Of a DNA stretch of 41,160 nt, positions 25,530 through 38,552 are shown in pieces. The notes under the pieces were generated by a model. It had not been told where the DNA came from, searched no databases, and saw nothing but the letters and a program-made list of their open reading frames with translations. Each line of letters opens with the position of its first letter. Positions within the stretch are counted from its first letter, which is position 1. The DNA is taken from positions 1 to 41,160 of the forward strand of contig NIVC01004590.1 in assembly GCA_002269645.1 (NCBI GenBank), read 5' to 3'. The translations under genes were made by a program, and so were the position numbers. Source of the DNA: Macrostomum lignano. Lineage: Eukaryota.

Positions 25530-28500
25530 ATGTCTTTAAGCGGCTCGGAGCGCTCGGTCCATAGCGACCAGCAGCCTCGGCAGCCGCGAACGCGCAGAAG
25601 GAAGCTGTTCCGCAAGCGGGACAAACGGTCGCGTAGCTCCGAGCGCTATGAGTTCAGCGACCTTGAGGACGACGTGTTCGTTCGCGGGCCACGCAAGCTC
25701 CGTCGCGAGGATGTGGAAGGCGAGTTGAGCTATGATTATTCCAATCCGGGCAGCCTGAAGGTGTTCACAGCCGGGCTCAACCGGTGCGCGGGTCTACCCG
25801 AGTTTCGCACCGTCCTGGTCTCCGCGGTCGCAACAGCTGCCGATGTCATTAACGATGTGCTGCAGCGCTGCGACATTCTCTACGAAGACGGAGATGAATT
25901 CTTCCTATGCGAAGTAATAGGGAAGATGGAGCCCTACCAGCCTCACCATGCTCGTCAGTCTGGCCACCAGGAACCCATGCAGTTTGTTGAGCAGTGCCGT
26001 CGCATCATTGGACCTGAAGAGCACGTTCTCGTCATCCAAGCACTCTGGAAGCCTCTCTATGGTTACTACAGACGATTCGAGCTTAAACAGGTGTCTCCAG
26101 CTGAGGCGAAAAACTCCAGACGTCGTCAGGATCGCAGACGGCGGCGTCGAGTTCAGCTCTGGCGGTCGGGCGACTACTCCCGCCACTATGACCTGGACGA
26201 CAGCGACAGTGCGGATGACCGACAGCTGCACGAAGGTACACCGCCAAAGCGGCTCCGCTGCCAAGTTGCAACGCAGGTAGAACCGGGCGATCCACCAACT
26301 CAGACCCGCGGTCGGACTAGAGGATGCGGAACGCAGACGGAGACAGTCTACTTTCCTAGTGTCGACAGGCGCTCGAGTAAAAAGTATCCTGTACCGCTAG
26401 GTCCCTATCTGCTTTTAGTAAAAGGCTTCGACACCCGAAACGATCTCCTTGTCAATGATCTTTACGATATGAACCTACTGGGTAGTGATGATCGCAAATG
26501 CGACATTCATCTGCGCTGCGCAGACGTGCAACCAAAACACTGTGTCATTGAAGCCTGTCACAGCGAAGTCGGCGACGACGACACCGCAAAGGATTCAAAG
26601 CCGTACTGTATGTCTCTATCGCCGGTTGGAAACGCCGAGGTCCTGTTGAACGGTCAGCTGATCGATCGGAAACATTTCCTCTCGCCAGGCGATGTCATTT
26701 CGATTGGGGCTGGCGAAATGTGCTCCTACGTTTTCATGTTCAAGGACACCTCCCAGGTGCCAGATAGGTCGATAGGCCTGACTTGGCTCATGTTCTTGGA
26801 GTCGGCGCAGCGATCTATCGATCTTCAGCAGCTACTTGAAGGCAGCGGAGCTGGAGAAAGCGAACGACGGAAAGTCGCAACTGCAACAGCGGCTGCCGGA
26901 TCCTTTGTGAGCACCACGGTGCCTTCCGACTCGGTTCTGGACACCCCGCGTGACGGTAAGGCCGCCTCTTTGAACTCGGCAGCTCGCGAAGTGGACACTC
27001 AGCAGCTGACCCAGGCCAGCTTGGGCAGCGTGTTGGCTCTCTACTTTGGAGAGGCCGTCGATCTTCAATTCGCCGCTGGTCTATTCGTCCTTCTGACCGT
27101 CTACGTCGCTGATCTAGAGCTGGAACATGCCGGCGCCGAGATCCAGTGGCACATCACCGACTCGGCCGTTACCTTGGCCAAGAAGGCCAACCAGATGGAG
27201 GACCGACGCGACAAAGCCCAGTGCTACTCGGAGATGATCCGGGCTTGTGCTCTGGCCTTCGAAATCTTCTTGTTCTTCCACGAGGCTTGCGGCGTCGGCC
27301 TGACAGCGGCGGCGGTTCGATGCCAGCATTGGCGTGACTTCTGCGAGACCACGATGCAGCAGATGCTGGACAGAATTTTTAGTCAGCTTGGAGAGGTAAG
27401 AGTGATTTAGTTTTTCCCCTAAACTGAACACAAAACATGCGAAGAAAATCCTCTTCGTAAGATGCATGCGTACTGCACTGAGTTGCCGATTAGAAATTGA
27501 GCTTATCCAACCAAACGTGCAGGAAGTTCTGGCTGAGAGCGCGGCCCTATGCGACACAGGACTTGGCTCAGCGAGTGAGCCCAGCGGTACTGGACCAACC
27601 ATGGGAGGCTTCCTAACCCTGCTCACCCAGGTTAGCCGGGCCTTCACTAACATGCAGTATCAGTGCGTGAGCACTCTGAGACTCATGATTATGAAACGGC
27701 TGGTGTTTCAAATAGGCAAGCACTTTACGCAGAGACTTTTTGGAACAGGTGAGATTTCTTGCAAAAATTTAATATCTTACAGGTAGCTCATATTTCAAAA
27801 ATGTACTTAGGGTAACAAAGAGGACTCGAAGCACTTTTAAAATTCAGGGACATAGGCAGTGGGGCAAAAGGTTGCAAGAGGGCCTTCCTTGCCACAGCTT
27901 TCGCGCCCTTCAGTAGCTTTGGCGCCCCCTCTGCAGCTGGTCCCCAACTGAAATATAATAACGCTCCTAAGATGACTCGGCCGTCCGACTAAATGAAAGT
28001 GGTACCCTGAAAGATGCATTGCCCAGGAATGATTATTTAACTACGATTTAAAGAAATATCATGTTACTTTTATAAAGTGTCACATATTTCACTCCAGATC
28101 CAACTAACTTTCTCAAATGGAACTGCGCCGTTCAACTTCGAGTCAATCTTGACCAGCTGGAGGAGTGGCTGCGTCAGGAAGGCCTTGAGCAGTTCATCGT
28201 CGCGTTGGATTTGCCCAATAGTATCGTGGATTTGTTGGCTACGCCAAAGTCTCTGCTGATGTCGGTGAGGATGGTTTGTTACTCGTAGTTCGATTTTATT
28301 AATTGCATGACTTTAAGTCTTGTCTCAATCGATCGGATATTCCAGACACCATGGCAACGCATTCGCACCAATTATCCGTTGATTCCGGCAAGTTTGTTGA
28401 GACGAATTCTTCTTGAGTACGAGTCCAGAACGGGCCCGGTCAATGGCCTTTGGAGTGTGCCAGATGAAGACTCGGGAGAAGTTGCTTACGATGGTGAGTC

Positions 28501-30993
28501 CTACTGTAGCTACCTTTTTTAAATCACTTTATGGTTCCTAGTAAATGAACAAAAACTGGCTTTACCCCACTGTAGTTGATTGCGCCATCGAGGATCACTT
28601 CCAGTTGGTGATAGTTGACTGCCAGATACCCGTGGAGAAGGTTCGACCAAGTGTTCAACTTCGTTCGCTGCTGAAGAGCCCCGAATTCAATCAGCTGTTG
28701 CTGCATATGGATAACAAAACTGTTGGTGAGCAAACTCAGGTCGTTTAAAAAATTGTCAATGAGTATAATATCGGAAGCACTTTACTGGCTCTAAAACTTT
28801 AAAAAGTCATTCCACTTTTCTCAGGGATGTCTGAAGGTTTTTTGAGCCATTCTCTCAGATGGACAAAAAACCTGCAAACTTATAAGTAAATCTCGAATCA
28901 ATTACTTCTGTCAGTATAATCGAGTAGTTCTTGGTCATTACATGTAGCATCTTTTAGGTCTTTAGCAGAAGGCCTTTAAATGAGCACTGGCAAAAATTAT
29001 CATATCCATCTTCCCCTACAGCTAGCAACTGCCAACTCCAGTGGCACCACGTTGCCAATCACATCCGGGATCGTCTCGGCTCTCCTAGCTCGGCTCAGTC
29101 CCCGCTGGGCAGCCTGTTCACGACTTCGCCAAAACCTGCAGCTTCCAACACGCCGTCGGCGGCGGGGGCGGCGGCCGCGGACACTGATATGGAAGAAGAC
29201 ACCAACAACGACGAGGCGCAACAACAGAACTTTTATGACTCGTTGAGCGAAGATGACCCGGATGAGAGCGGCCGACGATCGCCAGTTGAACTTCGACTGG
29301 ACGATGAAACCGACGAGTTGATATCCAAGACGGTCAAGGCAGCCGGAGCGATGCCAGCCTTCACTAAACCGCAAACGCTCCAATATGGCGATGAAGGAGA
29401 ACTAGAAGTCAAAGACGAAGTCATTGACGAAGAATTATCCATCGGTATTGATCCGTTCACATTGGCCAACACGTTGAGAAACGAGATGCACGCCCACTAT
29501 GTTCAATCGGAGAGTGGCGGATCCGGCGACGAGTCCACCCTGCCGCGGAATCAGCAGCAGAATCGGCCAAGTTGTCCGCTTAGCTTCTTTGCCAACGGAA
29601 GTAGCGGTTTCCTTGGCGACCATGGTAACGAAACCGAAAGCACTATTAGCGGCGGAGGCAATGGTAGCTTATCAGCAACTACCGAAGCACTCTACAGGCA
29701 GCACACGATGTCATTTGTATCGTCGGAGCCTGTCGCGACACCGGTTCGCCAACTTTCAAAGCTTTCGCTGCCCAGCCGCAGTCAGCGTGTGCAACAGCAG
29801 CAGCATCAGCTGGAAGAGGTGCAGCTGCCCCCACCGCCGCCACCGCGCTCTTGGTCGTTGAACAATCGTCGAACTCAAATTGAGCACAGCCAAGAGATGG
29901 ACGTTCGATCGGCTGGCGACGAGGAACCCGACCTGTTTTTTGTGACACTGAGTCGCCGTCCAGGGCAGTCGTTTGGCATGGAGCTCATTGATGGAGAGGT
30001 GCGGTTTTGAGTTCTTTGAGGCAGTGGTCAAGATTTTTGCATATCTAAATCCGAACGAACCCGCGAAAGGTGCCACCGGTGCTCACAGCGCAATAGGAAT
30101 TTCTCGCTATATTTGAGAATTTTTCAGCGGCCAAAATTAGTACGTATTTTGTTGGCCTTTTAGATTGGCACATCACCCCTAGCGTAGCATTTTTTAGGTC
30201 CAATGGACGTCTAACACTAGCATTAACTTGGGGTTTAATCAACTTAAAGGACAAGGTCAAAAAAGACTCAATTCAAAGGACATGGTCAAGTAAGACTCAC
30301 GTCAAAGGACAAGTTCAGGAATCTGCCCCCCCCCTCTTACAGGGGCTTTGAATTTCCGTTTGCTCAAGTTTGGTACTTTGAGTAGAAACATTTTTGTGAC
30401 ATCTTGTTGGATATTATATAATGCTGTACATTTACTTATAGTTAGTAAATGGGATCGTGGGGATCTACTCGTATATTGCACCGAGGGCGCCAAAGCTTAA
30501 TGACTTTATTAGCTCGTAATTGTCACACTTTGCAGAAGAGTCCACTGGTTTCGCCCGGCGTCTACATTCGAAGCGTCGTGGCCGACACCCCGGCAGACAG
30601 GTGCCATCGGCTGTGCCCGGGTGACCGCATTATCGCTGTAAACAATGAGAGTTTAGTAAATCGGCCCTATGCCAAGTGAGTTCGTGTTGAGTCGATTGAA
30701 AACTTTTTACATATAGCTACAGGTTTAGCCCTTGTATAAAGGGCGTCTTCGGGTATGTTTCTGACTCACAGAACTTTGATTTTAAAGTCGTTGATATGCC
30801 GATAGGAAGACTCTTAACGACTCGAAACCTATGGGCCAATCGTAAATAACTTGATTTAATTACTTTGAACAAAACTTCTCAACCTTACAGATGCCTTGGC
30901 CTCATCAAAAGCTCAGAGTCTGTGCTGCAGCTGCTAGTTGCCAGATCACCGCCCGAGATTGCTGTACGAGTTTTGGCAACGGCCTCGAGATGA
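25530..30993 (+). CDS. RADIL: RADIL-like Rap effector (RA - FHA - Dilute - PDZ), about 1258 aa. Exons 25530-27395, 27523-27748, 28098-28264, 28346-28493, 28576-28725, 29022-29998, 30536-30675, 30891-30993
   Basis: RA domain PGSLKVF...LCEVIG...IQALWKP...RRFEL. FHA PYLLLVKGF...DVQPKHC. Dilute W...QLRVNLDQLEEW...LLATPK. PDZ GVYIRSVV...GDRIIAVN. All seven junctions are GT-AG and phase-compatible; sum 3777 nt. AATAAA at 31041. The start codon is uncertain. Confidence 0.92.
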
Positions 30994-31773
30994 AATTTGC
31001 ACTCATTCGACATGTTTGCTCAAAATGTTTGACAGAATTAAATAAAGATAGCGTACGTACCGTAATTCAGAAACATAATACATAGAAGATTTTAGCTTTA
31101 GTTGAATTTGCTCAAACTCAAGAGATGTACACATTACAGAATAAAATACGCGCGCAACTTAGTTGCTCCATTCAATCGACAATGATGCGAACTATAGATT
31201 ATGCAGAAGCATTCGAAATGTATTTGCTTGCTTTACAATACAATTCAAATTGCAAATTTTAAATAACCACAAAAAACTTTTGTTAGAACTTACACTCCCA
31301 TATTTTTTACTTCATGTGCTAATAACTTTTAAAGAGAATTAAGGATGGTTGAAGAAGAATAGCTTTTTTCTTTTCCATGCAAAAGACGCTGTGGAACACA
31401 TACCAACTTCTATTTCCTAGAATTAAAAACATGCTCAAACATTGTACCGTATCTAAAAAACTAAGCCTTTGGTTTGAAGTGACTGAGCAACTGCTCAATA
31501 GGCGGCGAACTGACTTGAACTTTGAGATAAAGCTTTATTCATGCCAAAACTGTCAAATCGCAAAAACATCTTCCAGAGCAGATTATGAGTACTGAGATTT
31601 CGTTAAATTTACGTAGAATCGTAGATCGGAGATCAAAATACTTTATTTCTACTTTGACTGACTAGTTTTACGATTTGTTTCTCGCCGCATTGCTGATTCA
31701 GACTAACTAGTGTTTTAACTTACAAGTTTCTTTCCTCACTGTTGTAAATTTTCCCATTTTTATCTGGTCAATG

Positions 31774-31935
31774 TAGGGGTCACTAAACTTCGATCCACGG
31801 GCCATATGCAGCCCTCGGGTCCTTTAAAACTTCACAATAGGCAATCCGGCCCGCTCAAGGTTTGTCTCTCTTCTCAGCTTCCCTTTTTCTCATCTCATCT
31901 CATCCTCTCTCCTCTCTCCACTCTCCCCTCTCTGA
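31774..31935 (+). mobile_element. Truncated 5' half of the same hAT MITE family as 17876-18247
   Basis: TAGGGGTC start; AACTTCACAATAGGCAATCCGGCCCGCTCAAGGTTTGT matches AACTTCACAATAGCAATCTGGCCCGTTCAATGTTTGT; followed by a CT-rich tract. Confidence 0.7.
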
Positions 31936-32157
31936 CCTTACGGTAAAAAACTTTCCGATCGCTACTTATGGTAATATAAATGGATTACCATAGTCATTTG
32001 ACAGGGCTAAATCGGGTTGAACTTTATTGCATAGTCATCTCATCAATTTGGTTTGTCCTTATGTCTTAGTTCCAAGTCTTTGTCTATGGCCAAAAGCGGT
32101 TTAGAGCATACAAGCAGTGTTTTAAACACTTTGAAAACGGGTTCTATCAGATAATCC

Positions 32158-32717
32158 CAAAGAGTATTGAGGTTGCCTAGTATAGAGTGCCAATAAGGAC
32201 GAAAATCTGAAGACGATTTTTAGAACCCACCCACCCCCTCCGGTCACTAAGCTTTTTAGTCTATGGCACGAGTTGTGGCTAGAATGGTTTTCACACTTAG
32301 AAAATGCATGTATCAAATAAGCAAGACCACTTTTCTCACTGCTTCACCTTCACTCTGCCTGTTTATCACTTATGTTTTTGTCTTTCCGACTCAGCTGCAA
32401 GAATCCTGCTAAACTTCTTTTCTCCTTTCACAATGCAATCATCGTACGTACGGTACGGTATTACAGTATAGATACAGAAATAAAGTCTTGAGGACGTTTT
32501 AAGCATACACGGTATTCGTCCAGCTACATTAGCTACTTGTATTTTCTCATGCACTCTATGTATATTTCTGAGCATCGGCTTTGTACACCTTTCTAGCCAC
32601 AACTTGTGCCATAGACTAAACAGCTTGGTGATCGGAGGGGGTGGGTGGATTCTAAAAATCGGCTTCAGATTTTCATCCTTATTGGCACTCTATACTAGGC
32701 GACCTCAATACTCTTTG
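32158..32717. mobile_element. 560-bp MITE with about 130-bp TIRs (CAAAGAG...CTCTTTG) and perfect 8-bp TSD GATAATCC; P- or hAT-superfamily
   Basis: 32158-32286 is the near-identical reverse complement of about 32591-32717. GATAATCC at 32150-32157 and 32718-32725. Confidence 0.9.
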
Positions 32718-33283
32718 GATAATCCTATCAAACGTTTTAAACAGATATGTAGTAGTATGTGCATGGCAACTACAATTAGGGCTTAAGAGAAATAACGAAA
32801 CGCTTCCTGTGTTTCTTGGCAAATTAATAGAAGGCTAGCTATCTTTTAATATAAATAGCCTCTAGTTGCTCACTGATATTTCAAAGTTTTCTTTCTTACT
32901 TTCATATTTTTGTAGCATCTTTGGGACTACTATTTTTAAGTAGTATGCTTGTTCAATCTGTCCTAGTTGTACTAGTCAATCGATTCAGAGAATTGAAGAC
33001 AACAGTTTTTTGTATGCTCAAATGAATCCGAAATGAACAGGCTCCCATTAACATTTAACTGCACCTTTGAGAATAATCCAGCATCAAAGGACTTTGTAGT
33101 GAACTGTCTCACAATGCTTCAAGCATCTCGCATTAATGTGTCCAACTCTGGGCTCTTCTGTCCACCACTCTGTCTGCACCTCTCTCTCTACCTCCTTCTC
33201 TTCCACACCCTCCACTCCGTTTCTCTACCGCCTTTTTACTACTAAGGACTGGCCTCGCCTGTGCGGGCGGCGGTGGGTGACTT

Positions 33284-33298
33284 GTTGTCACTAGCAAC
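33284..33298. promoter_or_regulatory. Candidate RFX X-box GTTGTC-ACT-AGCAAC, about 290 bp upstream of the IQCH ATG
   Basis: One mismatch to GTNRCC-N0-3-RGYAAC, upstream of a flagellar/sperm-associated gene. Confidence 0.4.
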
Positions 33299-33584
33299 GC
33301 GAAGCCAGTACCCATGAGAGCAGGAAAAGCGGGACAGGCAGACAGTACGCAAAACGAGTCCAATTTTTCAATCCCTTCTAACTATGCAGCAGCCACCTCA
33401 GGCTTCAGCAAAGCAAAATAGGGGGTCGCAGAATTGGCCTGCTGTACACTGGAAGAAGCAGAGACGAGAGGAGATAGCAAACGAATAAAGCAGAAACCCT
33501 AATAGAATAGAACTTAACACACACCCCGTACTGCTAAGAAACGGCAGCGAAGCTAGGCTTCCAGGTCTATTCAACTGCCAAGTC

Positions 33585-36500
33585 ATGGAGGAAAGCGTCG
33601 GCCAGGTGTTACTGAAGGTGCAGGACGACCTGGGCCGACTTCGCGAGCAGCTCGAAGCATCGTCAGTCGCTGTACTCGACGGCAGCTCAGGCAGCACCAC
33701 CAGATTTGACGCCAGCGCACTGCAGGAGGCTCTCGTCAAGGCCGAAACTGATTTGCGCACTCGATCTAATGACGTTTTGAATCGCATGCAGGTGACGCCA
33801 GTGCACCTGCCGCAGATCCATCAACAGCAGCCAATTCAACGTAAGGACCAGAGTCACCATCAGAAGCACGAGCATGAACCCCTACCAACGGTTATCTCTG
33901 CCAAGGACTACAAAGGAGGCTTACTGGCATTGATGGAGCGCGGCGAGATTCCTCCATCAGCCAGCGTCATGCTGGAGCCGCAGCCAATCCGACATCGACA
34001 GGCGCCGGTGCACGATCCGGATACGCGACCACGAGACCGCTTTCCTGCCGATGCCGCTGATCCGGGCTACACGCAAGAGGGTTACCAGCTTGACGAATCA
34101 AAACCAGCTAAACAGAACGGCGTCGTGAAACTCAAGCTCAAGACGTCCAACGCAGCATGTCCTGGCAAGGTTCGTCTACAGCAGTTCGAGCCGCCGATGC
34201 TTCGATCACGTTCGGAAGCTGACCGAGTGATGCAGCATCCGCCACCTGTCGCTGCCGCCGCTGCTGCGGCTGAAGCAGCTCCAAAATCAAAAGCAGCAAA
34301 AGAAGTGACAGCAGCGGTTCCGCGCCAGCAGTCAGTTACTGCGGCGCCACCTCCTCCCACCACACCAGCGTCGTTTGCTGCGATGGCTTCTAGAGCCGAT
34401 GCTCCGGGCATATCACGCTTCACCATTCAAAATGGGCACGTTCGAAAAGACGCTAGCGATTTTCAGGCCTTCCAACGCCGGTGCAAACAGCTTGAAGGCA
34501 TCGAATCAGACTTGGTTGATCGATTAGTAGAGCAGCTCGAACGTCTGATGCAGAGATTTACCATACCGATGGCGCAAGTCAATGGAGAACTGCTCTGCGA
34601 CCTTGCTGAACTCACTGAGCCCAACTCGACATCAACTGACGATTCCGAGCTAATTGACTGCTTGATCAATCGTACCGACGTGCTGAAACTAATGAGGCGG
34701 CCTGGTCGTCAATTTGTCGGCCCGGGCGGCACGGAACGCGCATCCGTCGTCATTCAGAAACGTTGGCGCGGATTCCTGGCCAGACGAGACTATGCGAAGC
34801 GTCGACGCCGAAACCAGGCCGCTAAGGCAATTGCCGACCAGTGGAAGCTGTACACCAGACGGCTTGAGATTCGAGCACATCTAAAGCGGACGCGCCAGAT
34901 GCATCTGGATGGCTACAAAAGACGTTTCGCATCGCTGCAGGACCACTGGGACAAGTGGTGCGGAAAGCGACGTGTTGTTATTCACCTGCCATCGCTGGGT
35001 TATCCCGAAAAGATTCGAGAGGGTTTTCTGAACTTCAGCCGTGCGCAGAACACGCAAATGGCTCGCCTGTGCGACATTCGCGATCCGAATGTTGACGTCA
35101 TCCTGCTCTCTGCTGTTGCCATTGACGACGAGATGACACAATACTACGGCAGACTGCTATCTGGACTCAACGGAGACGGTCAGAAGCAGCAGCAGCCAGT
35201 GTCGAATCGCTACAAAATTGTTGTCCCTGAGGCGGCGAAAGTGTTCGCCGATAGAAGCATGTCACTGGCCACCCTGCTTAACTATTCTCCCAGAGCTTTG
35301 AAACGAATTAGGAATTTAATTCAGGTAGAATGCTGCCGTAAAAGCATCTGAAAATGTGCTATTGAAAGCTGAAAAATAAATAATCACTCCTTTCACAAAC
35401 TTTGCTAACAGGGCCGTCCGGCCGTTATTATCCCAGGCTATCCGTGTCAAGACGACCTTGCCGTGGCTGACAAACTCGACGTTCCGATCCTGTGCCCGGA
35501 GCCGCAGGTGGCGCAGCTCTATGGCACCAAGTCTGGCGCTAGGCGAATTTTTCGTGCCGCCAAAGTCTCCGCCCCTCCTGGTGACTTTGACATCTACTCG
35601 CTGACGCAGCTGCTTGAATCTCTCGCCCAGCTGATTACGTCTAACCTGACCGTCACTCGATGGCTGTTGAAGCTCGACTCGCAGTTCGACGGACGCGGAA
35701 TCGGTTTCATGGACGTCGACAAGCTGCCCTGCTACCGGTGGGCTCTACGTGAACGACGTCGATACGGTGAAAAGTGGGACAAAAAGTGGGCACAAGAAAA
35801 GGTTCTGCTCCGGGTGCAGGAAGAACTGCCGGAACTGCTCGGATCCTCGGCTACTCGAGTGGCCTGTCCCGAGGCCTACCCTACTTGGCAGGCTTTTCAG
35901 CAGGAGTTCCTCTCTCAGGGCGGTGTCATCGAAGCCTGCCCTCCTGCAGAATCAGTGACGCGTCTAACTGTCGATCTTTGCATCGAACCCAGCGGTTCGG
36001 TTCGCCTGTTGTCGAGTGGAGATCAGCTGGTCAGCGCTCAGCATCCGTTTTCCTGTTTAGGCATCTCTGCGCCGCAGTGCAGTGTGCCACCGCGCAGCTC
36101 AACGATCTCTGCCGACAGGTTGGCGACGCCTGCCGCGAGAGGCGAATTTACGGCCACGCCAGCGTGGATTTTGTCACCTTCGAGGACTCGGAGACTAATC
36201 GACAGGAGCTGTGGGCCACAGACCTGAGCCTTCATTACAGTGACACCGCTGCCTGTCGCAGCTCTTCTACATGGCCACAAAGGGTCGCTTTGATCCACAG
36301 CAGCACGAGGTCTTTGTCGAGAAATCGAAAACGGCGAACAAATCGAGAGCGCCAATCGGGAGGCGTCAACACAGGGACCGAGGTCGACGCTACGCCACGA
36401 TGTCGAGCCGACTGATCACAATAACCTTTCAAAGCTACAATTCGCTGCATTCTTTAAAGCCTGCAGAGCTCACGGCATCGAGTTCGACGTAAACACGCGT

Positions 36501-36724
36501 ACCGGAAGCCTCTTCTGCTTAGTAGATCCCTTTAATAGGGACTCAGTTGGCATGGCAACCATCTCAGCCGATCTGCTAACCTCATTAGAGACGTTTGCTC
36601 GGAACCTCTCAGTCATTGACCAGGAGGTGTCCACGCCGACAGACCAGGGCGACAGCAACTTCCGAGGTCTCATTGGCGAACTCGACGAGTGATCAGCGCG
36701 GCGAAGGAGAACGAGCAAGCATAA
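33585..36724 (+). CDS. IQCH: IQ motif-containing H homolog. Exons 33585-35324 and 35412-36724; exon 2 has four -1 frameshifts (about 36090, 36252, 36413, 36688)
   Basis: N-terminal VGQVLLKVQDDL, GLLALMERGEIPP, IQ motif IQKRWRGFLARR, VIHLPSLGY, DDLAVADKLDVPIL, and C-terminal CRAHGIEFD...FARNL..IDQEVS..QGDSNF all match IQCH as I recall it. The protein continues through successive frames to TAA at 36722-36724. Confidence 0.9.
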
Positions 36725-38526
36725 ACTTCAAGCCTATCTTGGACTTCTTGCTTCGTGTTGTTCTTACTTTTATTTGCTTCTCTTCCCAATGATATTTCCT
36801 ATTTGCAAACCGCTTGGCAAAACTGTTTAAATGCATGCTTGTCGATTTCAAATCTGTTTTTGTATTGGCTTACTCTCAAATTGATTGCGACTATTTTCGA
36901 AATAAATTTGATAGCTTGGCTCAAGATATAATTTTTAAATAAAGAAACTACTTTCTATTACTGCCTTAAGCTTCTTAAAAGTTGTGAAATTTCTTAACTC
37001 ACAAGAAACGCACAGGCATTACTACTAGCAAGATAACTTTTTAGTAGCATCAAATGCCTCTTTTGGTGACCAAATATTATACTATACAAAGCACGTTCTC
37101 AAATGTTTATTAAATGCTCAAAATTTGATCACTGCTCAGTAAATTGTTGAAAATTTCTATCTCAGGAAATTACAGACGATTTAATGAAACCTACTCATAT
37201 TTGTCTGTCTCTTTCTGACTTCGGCATTCGGTTTGATAAAGCTTGCCATCCCGCTGCTCCTTGAGTTCAAACCGGCAATCTGTCTCTGTCAGGAGCTAAG
37301 CCCACTGATTAACTATTTAACTGCAAGTCAGGATTTAGAGAATTTTCCCTTAAAAATTAGTGCTGGGATTTATTCGATCTTCATCGGTTGGATTCTGTTA
37401 CCATTTTGCCTGCGAACACATCGGGTTTTAGTACAACGGTAATTTTCCATGTTTAATCTTACTATATATAATCTACGAGTAGTAGCCGACCAGATTTCAA
37501 GGATAGAATTAGATGGCGCCGGAGTCCTTTTAGGCGCTTTCACAGCCAGGTTCATCCTTTGACATTTAGATTGATATTCGGCCTCTTGAGCTGGACTTGA
37601 TCGCCACTGCTAATCAACCGAATCAAGAGAATTAATTGAGCTAATTTATCATTTTGCAAAGCATTTGGCTATAGTGAATCTCTTTTCAATAGGTTTAAGC
37701 AAGCCGTAGAAGCGAGCTAATCTGCTCTGTTTGAGCAAACAGGGGTCTATATTAGCATAGCAATTATTTGCATACTAATAAGCAGGAAAAATCTGCTGCT
37801 CATCCAATTATGATGCGGACCGCATTTACAGCGTTAGCCAACGATATTGCCACTTGAGACTATTAGTACTTTTTTATAACTTGAGCACCTCCCAGCTATC
37901 GCCAAGCCTTAAGTAAATTTATGAATCGAACTGAATTCCAAAGGTTCAGTGAACCGGAAATATCAGCTTTGAAAAGTTGAAGACCAACTCAGTTAGGGTA
38001 AGTCGATAATGCTGCAAGCGAAGGGGGTGTTAGTATAGGGCAAGTATTCAGATTACCACTCACCGTGGCGTGGCAGGCTTAGGAAGCACAAGATTGTGAG
38101 CAAATACTAGACTGCTCGGGACGATGCACACCGGAAATTCAAGTCCACGCCATGAAAATATAAGTACAGATTAGCACTACTTTTACCTTGACCTGGGTAA
38201 TGTGACTAAAAGCTTTTCAGCTTATTTTCAATTTCAATCAATTGTAGTTTAATCTGGCTTAAATAATGAAAGCTATAAATTTTAATAACCTCCTGTCAAA
38301 ATTATTGGGCCAATCCAAGCAGAAATATTCCTCTTCGCTTCCGTGAGCTTAGAGCCCGCGCTTCGATGGCTCGTTTGTAAGTTGGGATTTTCTCCTTGTT
38401 CTACCTCCGCAGCACATCTTATATTTTCTCACTTCAAGCTTGACTCCCATGCAATGCCACCTAGTAGAAACAAGATCGATCTCAGTAACTATTTTTTTCA
38501 AATCACGCAAGAAATTCTGTCTAGTT

Positions 38527-38552
38527 TCTCTCTCTCTCTCTCTCTCTCTCTC
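38527..38552. repeat. (TC)13 microsatellite
   Basis: Directly visible. Confidence 0.95.

Noticed and set aside
27809-28009. Possible 200-bp MITE in RADIL intron 2 (TAGGGTAACA...TGGTACCCTG)
   Set aside because: Only an 8/10 terminal match, no TSD and no second copy in the window.
30248-30320. Three copies of a roughly 27-bp unit (AAAGGACAAGGTCAA..AAGACTCA) in RADIL intron 6
   Set aside because: A short ordinary tandem duplication with no associated structure.
37380-37620. Possible degraded LTR-retrotransposon integrase tail (GDQVQLK...YIVRL) on the minus strand
   Set aside because: Motifs are too short and frame-broken, and no LTR or other pol domains are nearby.
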